Assembly: GCA_028707495.1 (NCBI GenBank)
Contig: JAQWAS010000002.1
Location: forward strand, 3,439-61,497
Length of the DNA stretch: 58,059 nt
Direction of reading: 5' to 3'
Source: Patescibacteria group bacterium
GTDB taxonomy: Bacteria > Patescibacteriota > Patescibacteriia > UBA2591 > JAQWAS01
Shown here in pieces: positions 1 to 8,024 of the stretch (positions are counted from its first letter, which is position 1; each line of letters starts with the position of its first letter). The position numbers and the translations under genes are program-made. A model generated the notes under the pieces. It had not been told where the DNA came from and did no database searches. It saw nothing but the letters and a program-made list of their open reading frames with translations.

Positions 1-224
1 GAGCTATAGGGGCTTAATTATGAATTTAAATGAAAATGAATAAATTAATAGCTCTGGATCGTCTGCTTAAAGTCCGCCGGCTGGCGGATCTACCACTGAG
101 CTATAGGGGCTTAATTATGAATTTAAATGAAAATGAATAAATTAATAGCTCTGGATCGTCTGCTTAAAGTCCGCCGGCTGGCGGATCTACCACTGAGCTA
201 TAGGGGCTTAATTATGAATTTAAA
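1..224. repeat. 97-bp tandem repeat, about 2.3 copies (units start at 1, 98 and 195), truncated by the window edge
   Basis: Units 1-97 and 98-194 are identical by eye. The third unit matches for 30 nt. The minus-strand reading contains GCCCCTATAGCTCAGTGGTAGA (tRNA 5'-half-like) and the hairpin TCCGCCAGCCGGCGGA. Confidence 0.9.
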
Positions 225-266
225 ATATCAACTTTTAATTTTCAATTATTATATCTAAACTACTAT

Positions 267-488
267 CTAAAACCACCCTGAACTCCGTTTAGTCACTTGA
301 TAAACATCACCTTGCTTTTCTAGAGTAAAATTCATCCGATCATATTCAAATTTAACATATCTTTCTTCGCGGGCATAATCAAAAAAAACTTCCGCTTCAC
401 TTCGCTCAAATTTTTCTAAAGCCTTAATACCAGCCTCATCACCCATTACTTGATAACCATGAACTAATTGTGGTTTATCTGATGACAT
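267..488 (-). CDS. hypothetical protein (73 aa)
   Basis: Intact ORF with native-like AT-rich composition. I recognise no motif. Confidence 0.5.
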   Translation of the reverse strand: MSSDKPQLVHGYQVMGDEAGIKALEKFERSEAEVFFDYAREERYVKFEYDRMNFTLEKQGDVYQVTKRSSGWF

Positions 489-652
489 AATTTTTAATTA
501 TAAACTGTTTAAAATATTTTAGCAAGTTTTAAAAATTAAATCAAGTTTAAAAGTTTAAAATTATAAATTTAAAACACAAGTGGATAAAATGTGGAGAGAT
601 TAATTTGTTTAAATTTCAAATTTAGATTAAACTATAAATACACACATAAAAT

Positions 653-2062
653 ATGGCTAAAGAAATTAAAGAAAAAATTCCACCGCAAAATATTGAAGTC
701 GAACAATCAGTGCTTGGCTCTCTCTTGATTGACAAAGAAGCTATTATTAAAATAGCTGACTCTTTAATGCCAACTGATTTTTATAAAGATACTCATCGAT
801 CAATTTATGAGGCCATGTTAGATTTATACAGAAACAGAGAACCTATCGATGTGGTCAGTTTAACCAATCGACTAACCGAACGTCAAGAATTAAAAACCAT
901 CGGTGGTCGCAGTTATTTAGCTAGCCTGGCTAATAGCGTACCAACTGCTAGCCATGTAAGTACTTATGCTCAAATTATTCAAAAAAAAGCTACCCTACGT
1001 CGTTTAATTCATGCTGCAGCTGATATTAATGAATTGGCTTATCAAGAAGAAGAAGACGCGGATAAAATTTTAGACGAAGCTGAAAAAAAAGTTTTCAGTG
1101 TTTCACAACAACATCAAACCCAAGCTTTTACTTCTTTGAAAGATACTTTAAATGAAGCTTTTGATCGCATTGATGAACTCCATAAAGGTGGCGGTAAAAT
1201 TAAAGGCTTGCCAACTGGCTTTTCTGATTTAGATAATGTTATCGCTGGTTTACAAAAATCTGATTTAATTATTTTGGCTGCTCGCCCCAGTATGGGTAAA
1301 ACCAGTCTCGCTTTAGATATGGCTCGCAACATTGCCGTTAACACTAAAACACCGGTTGGTATTTTTAGTTTAGAAATGTCAAAAGATTCCATCACTGATC
1401 GTTTGATTTGTTCCCAAGCTAATGTTAATCTCTGGAAAATGCGTACTGGTCATTTGTCAACCAAAAAAGAAGATGATGAATTTCCTCGCATTGGTCAAGC
1501 TTTGGGCGTTTTATCAGATGCACCAGTTTATATTGATGATTCGGCTATGGCTAATATTATGCAAATCCGCACGCGCGCTCGACGCTTACAAGCTGAACAT
1601 GGTTTAGGTGTTTTAATTATTGATTACTTACAATTAATGGAGGGCGATCGTTTATATAATTCCGGTCGTGTTCAAGAAGTTTCTGACATTTCACGGGGTT
1701 TAAAGGCTATTGCTCGCGAACTTGATATTCCAGTTTTAGCCTTGTCTCAATTGTCGAGGGCAGTTGAATCACGCCACCCGCCTATTCCCAAATTAGCTGA
1801 TTTAAGAGAATCTGGTTCAATTGAACAAGATGCTGATTTGGTTATGTTTATTTATCGTGAAGAAATGTACAAACGCGAGACTGATCGTAAAAACATCGCT
1901 GATATTTTTATCGCTAAACACCGTAATGGACCGACCGGTGCTATTCAACTTTATTTTGACAGTAATACTGCTAGTTTTAGAAACTTGGAACGTTCCGGAG
2001 AAACCGTCCCCGATCTTGATGAAAATTTTTCAGAAGAATTTACTACCCAGATTAATTTTTAA
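653..2062 (+). CDS. dnaB: replicative DNA helicase DnaB
   Basis: The N-terminal PPQNIEVEQSVLGSLL motif is present. Walker A is ARPSMGKTS, followed by the conserved SLEMS and QLSR helicase motifs. Confidence 0.95.
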   Translation: MAKEIKEKIPPQNIEVEQSVLGSLLIDKEAIIKIADSLMPTDFYKDTHRSIYEAMLDLYRNREPIDVVSLTNRLTERQELKTIGGRSYLASLANSVPTASHVSTYAQIIQKKATLRRLIHAAADINELAYQEEEDADKILDEAEKKVFSVSQQHQTQAFTSLKDTLNEAFDRIDELHKGGGKIKGLPTGFSDLDNVIAGLQKSDLIILAARPSMGKTSLALDMARNIAVNTKTPVGIFSLEMSKDSITDRLICSQANVNLWKMRTGHLSTKKEDDEFPRIGQALGVLSDAPVYIDDSAMANIMQIRTRARRLQAEHGLGVLIIDYLQLMEGDRLYNSGRVQEVSDISRGLKAIARELDIPVLALSQLSRAVESRHPPIPKLADLRESGSIEQDADLVMFIYREEMYKRETDRKNIADIFIAKHRNGPTGAIQLYFDSNTASFRNLERSGETVPDLDENFSEEFTTQINF

Positions 2063-2074
2063 AATTTAATTTTT

Positions 2075-2344
2075 ATGTTTGATAAATTAAAACAACTACA
2101 AAATCTTCAAAGCCAAGCTCAACGCATGAAAAATGAATTAGCTCAAGAAAAAATTCAAGTTGAAAATCATGGCTTAAAATTAACTATCACCGGAGATCAA
2201 AAAATTATTGATTTACAACTTAATCCTGAGTTATCTTTTGAAGATAATCAAAAATATCTAATTGATTTAATTAATCAAGCAATTAATAATGTTCAAAAAT
2301 TAATGGCCGACAAAGCTAAATCAATGATTAATTTACCTTTTTAA
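2075..2344 (+). CDS. ybaB: nucleoid-associated protein YbaB/EbfC
   Basis: The 89-aa size, the N-terminal LKQLQNLQSQAQRMK motif and the position directly upstream of recR all fit. Confidence 0.85.
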   Translation: MFDKLKQLQNLQSQAQRMKNELAQEKIQVENHGLKLTITGDQKIIDLQLNPELSFEDNQKYLIDLINQAINNVQKLMADKAKSMINLPF

Positions 2345-2346
2345 TT

Positions 2347-2943
2347 ATGGATTATTCTTCAGCTATCCAAAAATTAATTGAAGAGTTTAATAAATTTCCC
2401 GGCATTGGATCTAAAACCTCAGAACGGTTTGTTTTTTATTTATTAACTTTAAACAATCAAGAGTTGGAAAATTTAGGTCAATACATCCGAGAGTTAAAAA
2501 ATAAAATTACCACCTGTTCAATTTGTTTAAATTTTTCTGAGACTGATCCGTGTGATCTTTGTGCTGATAAAAAACGCGACCACCAAATTATCTGTGTTGT
2601 TGCTACTCCTCAAGATTTAAGAGCTATAGAAAAAACACGTCAATTTCAAGGAATTTATCATGTGCTCGGTGGAACTATTAATCCCAGTCAAGGCGTTACT
2701 CCAGAAAAATTAAATATTCACCAACTCATACAACGCATTAAAAATAATAAAATTAAAGAAATTATTACTGCCTTTAATCCCGATATGGAAGGTGAAACCA
2801 CTTTATTATATTTGAAAAAAATTCTAAGTCCTTTTAAAATAAAAATTACGCGCCTAGCTCGAGGCTTGCCAGTTGGTAGCGATCTTGATTACGCAGATGA
2901 AATCACCCTGGCCGATGCATTGAAGGACAGACGAGAAGTTTAA
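2347..2943 (+). CDS. recR: recombination protein RecR
   Basis: The helix-hairpin-helix motif FPGIGSKTSERF, the Cys4 zinc finger (CSICLNF..CDLC) and a Toprim-like C-terminus are present. Confidence 0.95.
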   Translation: MDYSSAIQKLIEEFNKFPGIGSKTSERFVFYLLTLNNQELENLGQYIRELKNKITTCSICLNFSETDPCDLCADKKRDHQIICVVATPQDLRAIEKTRQFQGIYHVLGGTINPSQGVTPEKLNIHQLIQRIKNNKIKEIITAFNPDMEGETTLLYLKKILSPFKIKITRLARGLPVGSDLDYADEITLADALKDRREV

Positions 2944-2965
2944 GTTTTAGATGAATTTTTAATTT

Positions 2966-2989
2966 AAAAGGGGCTTTGTCCCCTTTTTT
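2966..2989. terminator. bidirectional intrinsic terminator between recR and rplU
   Basis: The sequence AAAAGGGG-ctttgt-CCCCTTTTTT forms a hairpin flanked by an A-run and a T-run. Confidence 0.7.
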
Positions 2990-3049
2990 GTTTACAAAAA
3001 AAGAACCAACCAATTAAGCTGATTCTTTTTTTATAATTGATAATAATTT

Positions 3050-3364
3050 TTAAGCCAAACTAATAGCGGTAATTTTAATTTCGGTATATTCTTGTCGATG
3101 ACCAGCTGTTTTATAATATCTAACTTTAGGCTTATACTTAACCACCTTAACTTTTTTATCTCTACCTTGTTCTAAAATCTCTCCCTCAACCTTAACTTCT
3201 TTTAAAATAGGTTGACCGACTTTAAAGTCCTTACTATCGGCGTATAACAAAACGTCTTTAAAAATAATTTTGGAGCCAGGTTTTTTGTCTATTTTTTCAA
3301 TTTTTAAGACAGTACCTTTTTCAACTTTGTATTGTTTACCACCTGTTTTAATAATTGCTAACAT
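3050..3364 (-). CDS. rplU: 50S ribosomal protein L21
   Basis: The N-terminus MLAIIKTGGKQYKVEKG is typical of L21. Confidence 0.95.
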   Translation of the reverse strand: MLAIIKTGGKQYKVEKGTVLKIEKIDKKPGSKIIFKDVLLYADSKDFKVGQPILKEVKVEGEILEQGRDKKVKVVKYKPKVRYYKTAGHRQEYTEIKITAISLA

Positions 3365-3428
3365 GTTTTTATAAAATTAATAATAATTACTTTATTGTAA
3401 ATTATATTTAATTTTAAGTCAAGAGATA

Positions 3429-3457
3429 TTGACATTTTTTTTAAAAAAATTTATAAT
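3429..3457 (+). promoter_or_regulatory. sigma70-like promoter of cassette 1
   Basis: TTGACA (3429-3434), a 17-nt spacer, then TATAAT (3452-3457). Confidence 0.55.
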
Positions 3458-3578
3458 GGAATATTAAATTTAATTTTAAAAAATAATCAGGAGGGACACG
3501 CTCATTAAAATGGGGAAAAAATATTATTACAACTCCCCTATCTGTTTTAAAAAAATAAACATTAAAAAAGGAGATGAA

Positions 3579-3887
3579 ATGGATTTCGCCGCTGTTATTC
3601 TTTTCATTGCATTAATCTCTGCTTTGGCTATTGTTGTGACTCTAATTAGTTTTAGAGAGAAATGGGGCCCTTGGTTCTATCGTCGAGCAATTATTAAGGG
3701 AAAAAGTCCTCATATTATTCAACGGCATCGCGATAGACTTGTGCGATTCGGTATTCCCGACGACGTCATCGCACGACACCATCAAAGAGCCATCGAAAAG
3801 GCCGATTCAATTCTCAATCCCAATCGTCCAGAAATAAGCACCTCTACTGTCTGTACAGTTGAAAAAGCATCAACACCGCCCTCTTAG
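3579..3887 (+). CDS. hypothetical small membrane protein (cassette 1)
   Basis: GGAG lies 5 nt upstream of the ATG at 3579. The protein has an N-terminal TM helix (FAAVILFIALISALAIVVTLI) and a basic His/Arg-rich tail. An in-frame alternative ATG at 3510 has an SD 14 nt upstream. The region is GC-richer than its neighbours. Confidence 0.6.
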   Translation: MDFAAVILFIALISALAIVVTLISFREKWGPWFYRRAIIKGKSPHIIQRHRDRLVRFGIPDDVIARHHQRAIEKADSILNPNRPEISTSTVCTVEKASTPPS

Positions 3888-3902
3888 GACGGTGTTTTTT
3901 TT
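3873..3902 (+). terminator. intrinsic terminator of cassette 1
   Basis: ACACCGCC...GGACGGTGT hairpin followed by a T-run. The stop codon TAG lies in the loop. Confidence 0.7.
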
Positions 3903-3930
3903 ATTTTTTTATTTTTTTTATTTTTAAATT

Positions 3931-5025
3931 TTAAGTTTCTATATTTTTCCAGTGATTTTTTCTAATTAAAATTATAGCTAAAATTAACATCACCAACAAC
4001 ATCATTCCCAAAGCAATTAATTTACCAAAAGAATGTAAAAATAAACTTATTCCACCAAAAATTAAACTGATCAAGTATAAAAATAAAACTACCTGTGGCT
4101 GTGTTAAACCCATATCTAATAGTCTAAAATGTAAATGTTTATTATCTCCCAACCACGGCGCTTTGTGCTCACTAATCAAACGACGTAAAATTACCCAAGC
4201 TAAATCTAAAATTGGAATACCTAAAACTAAAACCGCTGTGGCGATCTTACCGCCAGCAATAATGGCTAAAATACCTAGCATAAAACCACACCACAAACTG
4301 CCACTCTCGCCTAAAAATATTTTGGCTGGATGCCAGTTTAAAACCAAAAAGCCTGCACACGCCCCACTAAAAATTAAGGCTAAAATGGCCACCTCTGGCT
4401 GGTACCAAGCCGTAGCTAAACATAAACCAGCAATCGCCAAGCCACCAATACCACTTATACCCGAAACTAAACCATCTAAACCGTCTAAAAATTTAGTCGT
4501 ATACATCATAACCATCAACCAAAAAAAGGTAAAGATATCGGACCAAACTGTAAAATAATACGGCAAACCATTAAATCTAAAAAGCTCAATTTTCCAACTA
4601 TCAAAATAAATTAATCCCCCCAAAGGATTGGTAATATATTTAATTCCCACGCCACTAGCTATCACAATTATAGTAGCTAAAACTGGCCATAGAATTTGTT
4701 GCCAAGGTTTTAAATTAAATTTGTCATCCAAAATACCACCAATCATAATTAAAATGCTGGCGATTAAAACCCCAATTAAATTTTTAGTTGCAATACTTTG
4801 GTTTAAAATTAAATCAGTTTTGAAAACAAAAAAACCAGCAACCACCGCCATGCTTAAAAAAACCGCTAAACCGCCTAAAAGTGGCTTAGCACCTTGATGA
4901 ATTTTGCGCTCTGGAGCTGTACTGGCCCGGTCAACTATTTTTAACTTTAAAGCTAATTTTCTGATTAACCAAGTTGAGATTACAGCTAAACCAAAACTGG
5001 AAATAAAAGCTAAAAAATAAGACAT
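3931..5025 (-). CDS. glycosyltransferase family 4 polyprenyl-phosphate sugar-1-phosphate transferase (MraY/WecA family)
   Basis: The protein is polytopic. It carries the LDDKFNL (DD) motif and an FLDGLDGL motif typical of MraY/WecA-type transferases. Confidence 0.85.
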   Translation of the reverse strand: MSYFLAFISSFGLAVISTWLIRKLALKLKIVDRASTAPERKIHQGAKPLLGGLAVFLSMAVVAGFFVFKTDLILNQSIATKNLIGVLIASILIMIGGILDDKFNLKPWQQILWPVLATIIVIASGVGIKYITNPLGGLIYFDSWKIELFRFNGLPYYFTVWSDIFTFFWLMVMMYTTKFLDGLDGLVSGISGIGGLAIAGLCLATAWYQPEVAILALIFSGACAGFLVLNWHPAKIFLGESGSLWCGFMLGILAIIAGGKIATAVLVLGIPILDLAWVILRRLISEHKAPWLGDNKHLHFRLLDMGLTQPQVVLFLYLISLIFGGISLFLHSFGKLIALGMMLLVMLILAIILIRKNHWKNIET

Positions 5026-5084
5026 AATAATAAAATTTCTAATTTCTAATATCTAATTTTTAATAAAAATAAAATTCATCTAAA

Positions 5085-5335
5085 TCCGGACCAGGGGTCT
5101 AGGGGGTGAGACCGACCCGCCGATTCGACGGGGAGTTCGAGCCACCAAAACTTTTGCTTCTTTTGGTTACAAGAGAAGGTGAGGTATTTACAATTTCATT
5201 CTTAAATCAATATTTAGTGTTACTAACCCTGGATCCTGCCTGCTGGTAGGCAGGTAACAAATTAGCGTTCAAAATATTTTTGTATACTCAGCAGGATCCT
5301 ATCGTTCCACTTCGTTTCACTCAAGGATGACAAAT
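5085..5335. repeat. hairpin-repeat cluster 1 (GTCAT...GGATCC(AGG) family)
   Basis: Family units lie at 5227-5258 (ccctggatcctgcc..ggcaggtaac) and 5294-5331 (ggatcc..ggatgac). The cluster also holds the hairpins ggtct..agacc, cccgccgattcgacgggg and accaaaa..ttttggt. Confidence 0.75.
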
Positions 5336-5337
5336 AT

Positions 5338-5736
5338 TTATTTATTTTTATCTAAATACGTTTGTAAAATTAAAGCCGCGGCCGCCGCGTCTTTTTTGTT
5401 TTTAAAATCAACTTGTTGAAATTGCTTAGCTACTTCTTTCGTAGAAAATCTTTCATCAACTGTTTCTAAATCTAAATTTATTTTTTGAGATAAATAATGA
5501 ATAAAATTTTCTACTTTTAAAGTCATATCTGTTTTTTTACCTTGCATAGACACCGGCAAACCAATAATTATTTTTTTTACTCCTTCCAACTGACAAATAT
5601 TTTCAATCTCTTCGATCACTAAATTTAAAGATTTATTTTGTATAATTTTCAAAGGTAAGGCTAATTTTTTTTCAGTGCTCCCAATGGCTAAACCGATATT
5701 CTGTGTGCCGTAATCAATGGCTAAAATTTTTGACAT
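5338..5736 (-). CDS. ruvX: Holliday junction resolvase-like RuvX/YqgF
   Basis: The N-terminus ILAIDYGTQNIGLAIG and the 132-aa size fit RuvX. Confidence 0.9.
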   Translation of the reverse strand: MSKILAIDYGTQNIGLAIGSTEKKLALPLKIIQNKSLNLVIEEIENICQLEGVKKIIIGLPVSMQGKKTDMTLKVENFIHYLSQKINLDLETVDERFSTKEVAKQFQQVDFKNKKDAAAAALILQTYLDKNK

Positions 5737-5740
5737 AAAT

Positions 5741-6484
5741 TTAAGTTAAAATTTGATTACCTCTTTCGGTAATAGCGATGGTGTGCTCAAAATGGGCTGA
5801 CCAACTACCATCTTTCGTTGCAACCGTCCACTGATCATCTAGTGTCTCAACTTGATAACCACCAACATTTACCATGGGTTCTATGGCGATTACCATCCCG
5901 GGTTTTAAAATTTCTCCTCGGCCGGATTGGCCAAAATTTAATACGCGCGGATCTTCATGCACTTGTCTACCAACGCCATGTCCCGCCAATTGTTTAACTA
6001 CTGAAAAACCGTTTTTTTCAACATAATTTTGTATGGTCGCGCCAATATCACCTAACGTTCTACCCGGTTTGGCCTGTTTAATACCTAATTCTAGGGATTT
6101 ACGAGTAACTTTAATTAATTTTTTGGCGACTTTATTAATGTGATCAACACCAATTGTGATTGCTGTATCGGTGCATAAACCTTGATACCAAATACCCAAA
6201 TCTAAACCCACAATATCGCCTGATTGAATAATTTTATCTCGGCTAGGAATACCATGGACGACATGATCGTTAACCGACACGCATAAACTTGCTGGATAAC
6301 CTTCATAATTTTTAAAGCTTGGTTCAGCTCCGGCTTGTTGGATTAGATTCTCAGCTATATCATTCAATTCCCACGTTGAAATCCCAGACTTAACCTTTTT
6401 AGCCACCTCACGTAAAATTCGATGTAAAATCTGACCACCTTGTTTTAAAATTTCAATTTCTTGAGGAGTTTTTAAAATAATCAT
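5741..6484 (-). CDS. map: type I methionine aminopeptidase
   Basis: The metal-binding motifs are present (VVHGIP, DIVGLDLG, GHGVG, IEP, EHT). Confidence 0.95.
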   Translation of the reverse strand: MIILKTPQEIEILKQGGQILHRILREVAKKVKSGISTWELNDIAENLIQQAGAEPSFKNYEGYPASLCVSVNDHVVHGIPSRDKIIQSGDIVGLDLGIWYQGLCTDTAITIGVDHINKVAKKLIKVTRKSLELGIKQAKPGRTLGDIGATIQNYVEKNGFSVVKQLAGHGVGRQVHEDPRVLNFGQSGRGEILKPGMVIAIEPMVNVGGYQVETLDDQWTVATKDGSWSAHFEHTIAITERGNQILT

Positions 6485-6485
6485 T

Positions 6486-7142
6486 TTATGTTTTTAATTG
6501 TTTAATAATATTTTGATGAACTTCCTTTATGGTTTGTTCTCCATTAATTAGTATTAACTTATTTTGTTTTTTAAAATAAGCCATCACCGGTCGAGTTTCT
6601 CGACTAAAAACCTGCCAACGTTTTTTTAAACTAGCTGGATTATCATCTGGTCGTTGAAAAATTTTACCACCACAGATTGGACAGTTTTTAGCTGTTTTTT
6701 TTAAAGTTTGACCTAAAATAAAAGATTTGTCGCACTTTAAACAAACTCGTCTTTTTAATAAACGTTTAACGCTTGTTTTTTGATCAATATCTAAAAAAAT
6801 AAATTTACTTAATTCTCGTTGATGCTTTTTAAATAATTTATCTAAATCTTTGGCTTGACTTAATTTTCTAGGTGTTCCGTCTAATAAAATGCCTTTTTTC
6901 TTAGATATTTTTTTTATATATTTGTCGATTGTTTTCATTAATAAATCACTTGAAACTAATTTTCCTTCAAGCATGGTTTGTTGAATCTCACGACCTAATT
7001 TGTCTTTTTTTTGAGCTCGTTCTCTTAAAATGTCGCCGGTTTCAATGTGAGCTAATTTAAATTTTTTTTCTAATAAGTTGGCCTGTGTTCCCTTACCAGC
7101 TCCCGGAGGGCCCAAAATAGCTAAATTTAAAATTTGTGGCAT
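6486..7142 (-). CDS. adk: adenylate kinase with a Cys4 zinc lid
   Basis: The P-loop is GPPGAGKGTQ. The lid carries CLKC...CPICGG. Confidence 0.95.
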   Translation of the reverse strand: MPQILNLAILGPPGAGKGTQANLLEKKFKLAHIETGDILRERAQKKDKLGREIQQTMLEGKLVSSDLLMKTIDKYIKKISKKKGILLDGTPRKLSQAKDLDKLFKKHQRELSKFIFLDIDQKTSVKRLLKRRVCLKCDKSFILGQTLKKTAKNCPICGGKIFQRPDDNPASLKKRWQVFSRETRPVMAYFKKQNKLILINGEQTIKEVHQNIIKQLKT

Positions 7143-7269
7143 TTTTTATTTTTTTATTTTTTAAAACTTATTCAATATTATACTAAAAAATTAAGACGAA
7201 AACAAGATAATAAAATAAAATTCTCTGAATTACAAAAACTCGAGGGATAAGATTCAAAGATACACAAGG

Positions 7270-7585
7270 TTTTGTCATCCTAAATTATTTTTGTTATCCT
7301 GAATTTATTTCGGGATCTGGAATCAAGTGAAGTATTTCAATTAAAAATCAACATTGTGAGTATCAACAGATGCTGAAACAAGTTCAGCATGACACCTTAA
7401 ATAAGTGCCATTGTAAATCCCTACCAAACCGATGGACTAAAAAATCTATTGAGACTTGTCATTTCAAAGAAACGGTAGTGACTGAAAGATCCTTTCAACG
7501 TTGTTATTAAAAAACAAAAAAAAACTAACTGTAAAAATAAATTCAAGGGATCTCTCCCTGCCGAATCGGCGGGTCGAGATGACAA
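7270..7585. repeat. hairpin-repeat cluster 2 (same family)
   Basis: Units lie at 7293-7318 (gttatcctgaatttatttcgggatct), 7369-7393 (inverted, gatgctgaaacaagttcagcatgac), 7458-7492 and 7547-7583 (inverted). A partial copy lies at 7273-7283. Confidence 0.8.
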
Positions 7586-7640
7586 AAATAAAAATTACGT
7601 TTTTACATTCTAATATATTCTGTTTCTCTATTTTTTAAGT

Positions 7641-7670
7641 TTGTGCGTTTAAATGTTTATATGCTATAAT
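7641..7670 (+). promoter_or_regulatory. candidate promoter of the 7702-14740 operon
   Basis: TTGTGC (7641-7646), an 18-nt spacer, then the extended -10 element TGcTATAAT (7662-7670). Confidence 0.4.
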
Positions 7671-7701
7671 AAAATATAATTAATTTTTAAAAAATAAACC
7701 T

Positions 7702-8022
7702 ATGTTAGAAACTAGCAAAGACGTTTTATATTTAGTCATTGCTTTTTGTGTTTTATGGCTAACCATTTTTATGTGTTGGACTTTATATTATTTTTTAATT
7801 ACCATCAAAACCACCAAAGAAATTTTTCAAACCGTTAAAGAGCGCGTCTATGAAGTTAGTGACTTAATCAAAACCGTCAAAAATAAAATTGAACGTATTG
7901 CTGTGCCCTTTACCGTAGTCGCGGAAACTGTTAAACAAATCGTGCCCTTGATTAAAAAATTTACTAATTCTGAGGAACAAAAAGACAAAAAAACTAAAAC
8001 CACCAACAAAAAGAAAAAATAA
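7702..8022 (+). CDS. hypothetical small membrane protein with a Lys-rich tail
   Basis: One TM helix is followed by a predicted helical region and a KKTKTTNKKKK tail. The stop lies 2 nt before dnaE. Confidence 0.6.
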   Translation: MLETSKDVLYLVIAFCVLWLTIFMCWTLYYFLITIKTTKEIFQTVKERVYEVSDLIKTVKNKIERIAVPFTVVAETVKQIVPLIKKFTNSEEQKDKKTKTTNKKKK

Positions 8023-8024
8023 TT

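Noticed and set aside
61-100. The AAAGTCCGCCGG string in the tandem repeat resembles the RNase P RNA CR-I motif (GAAAGUCCGGG).
   Set aside because: It is a short partial match, it is repeated identically in each unit, and none of the other conserved RNase P regions is present.
579-598. Two DnaA-box-like 9-mers (AGTGGATAA and TGTGGAGAG) lie in the AT-rich region upstream of dnaB, which could indicate an origin.
   Set aside because: Only one box is within one mismatch of TGTGGATAA. There is no cluster of boxes and no dnaA or dnaN nearby. This is too weak to call oriC.
1114-1395. Many antisense or out-of-frame ORFs of 60-130 aa lie inside well-supported genes. Examples are 1114-1395, 4163-4558, 4628-4897, 10340-10600, 20254-20565, 31136-31405, 41294-41497, 47149-47358, 47967-48194 and 51838-52056.
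   Set aside because: Each lies wholly within a confidently identified conserved gene. Their sequences are low-complexity and have no initiation signals.
5100-5150. A tmRNA-like or tRNA-like string (GGGGGTGAGACC...GATTCGACGGGG AGTTCGAGCCACCA) is present.
   Set aside because: GATTCGACGG resembles the tmRNA 5' region. However, the same CCGCCGATTCGACGG core is a recurrent repeat motif at 7557, 22731, 22851 and 22973. There is no complementary T-stem, no tag reading frame and no 3' acceptor pairing.
5085-7585. The hairpin clusters, or the 97-bp tandem repeat at 1-224, could be CRISPR arrays.
   Set aside because: There is no constant repeat alternating with unique spacers of similar length. Units differ in sequence and orientation. 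The 97-bp units are fully identical, including what would be the spacer. No cas genes are in the window.
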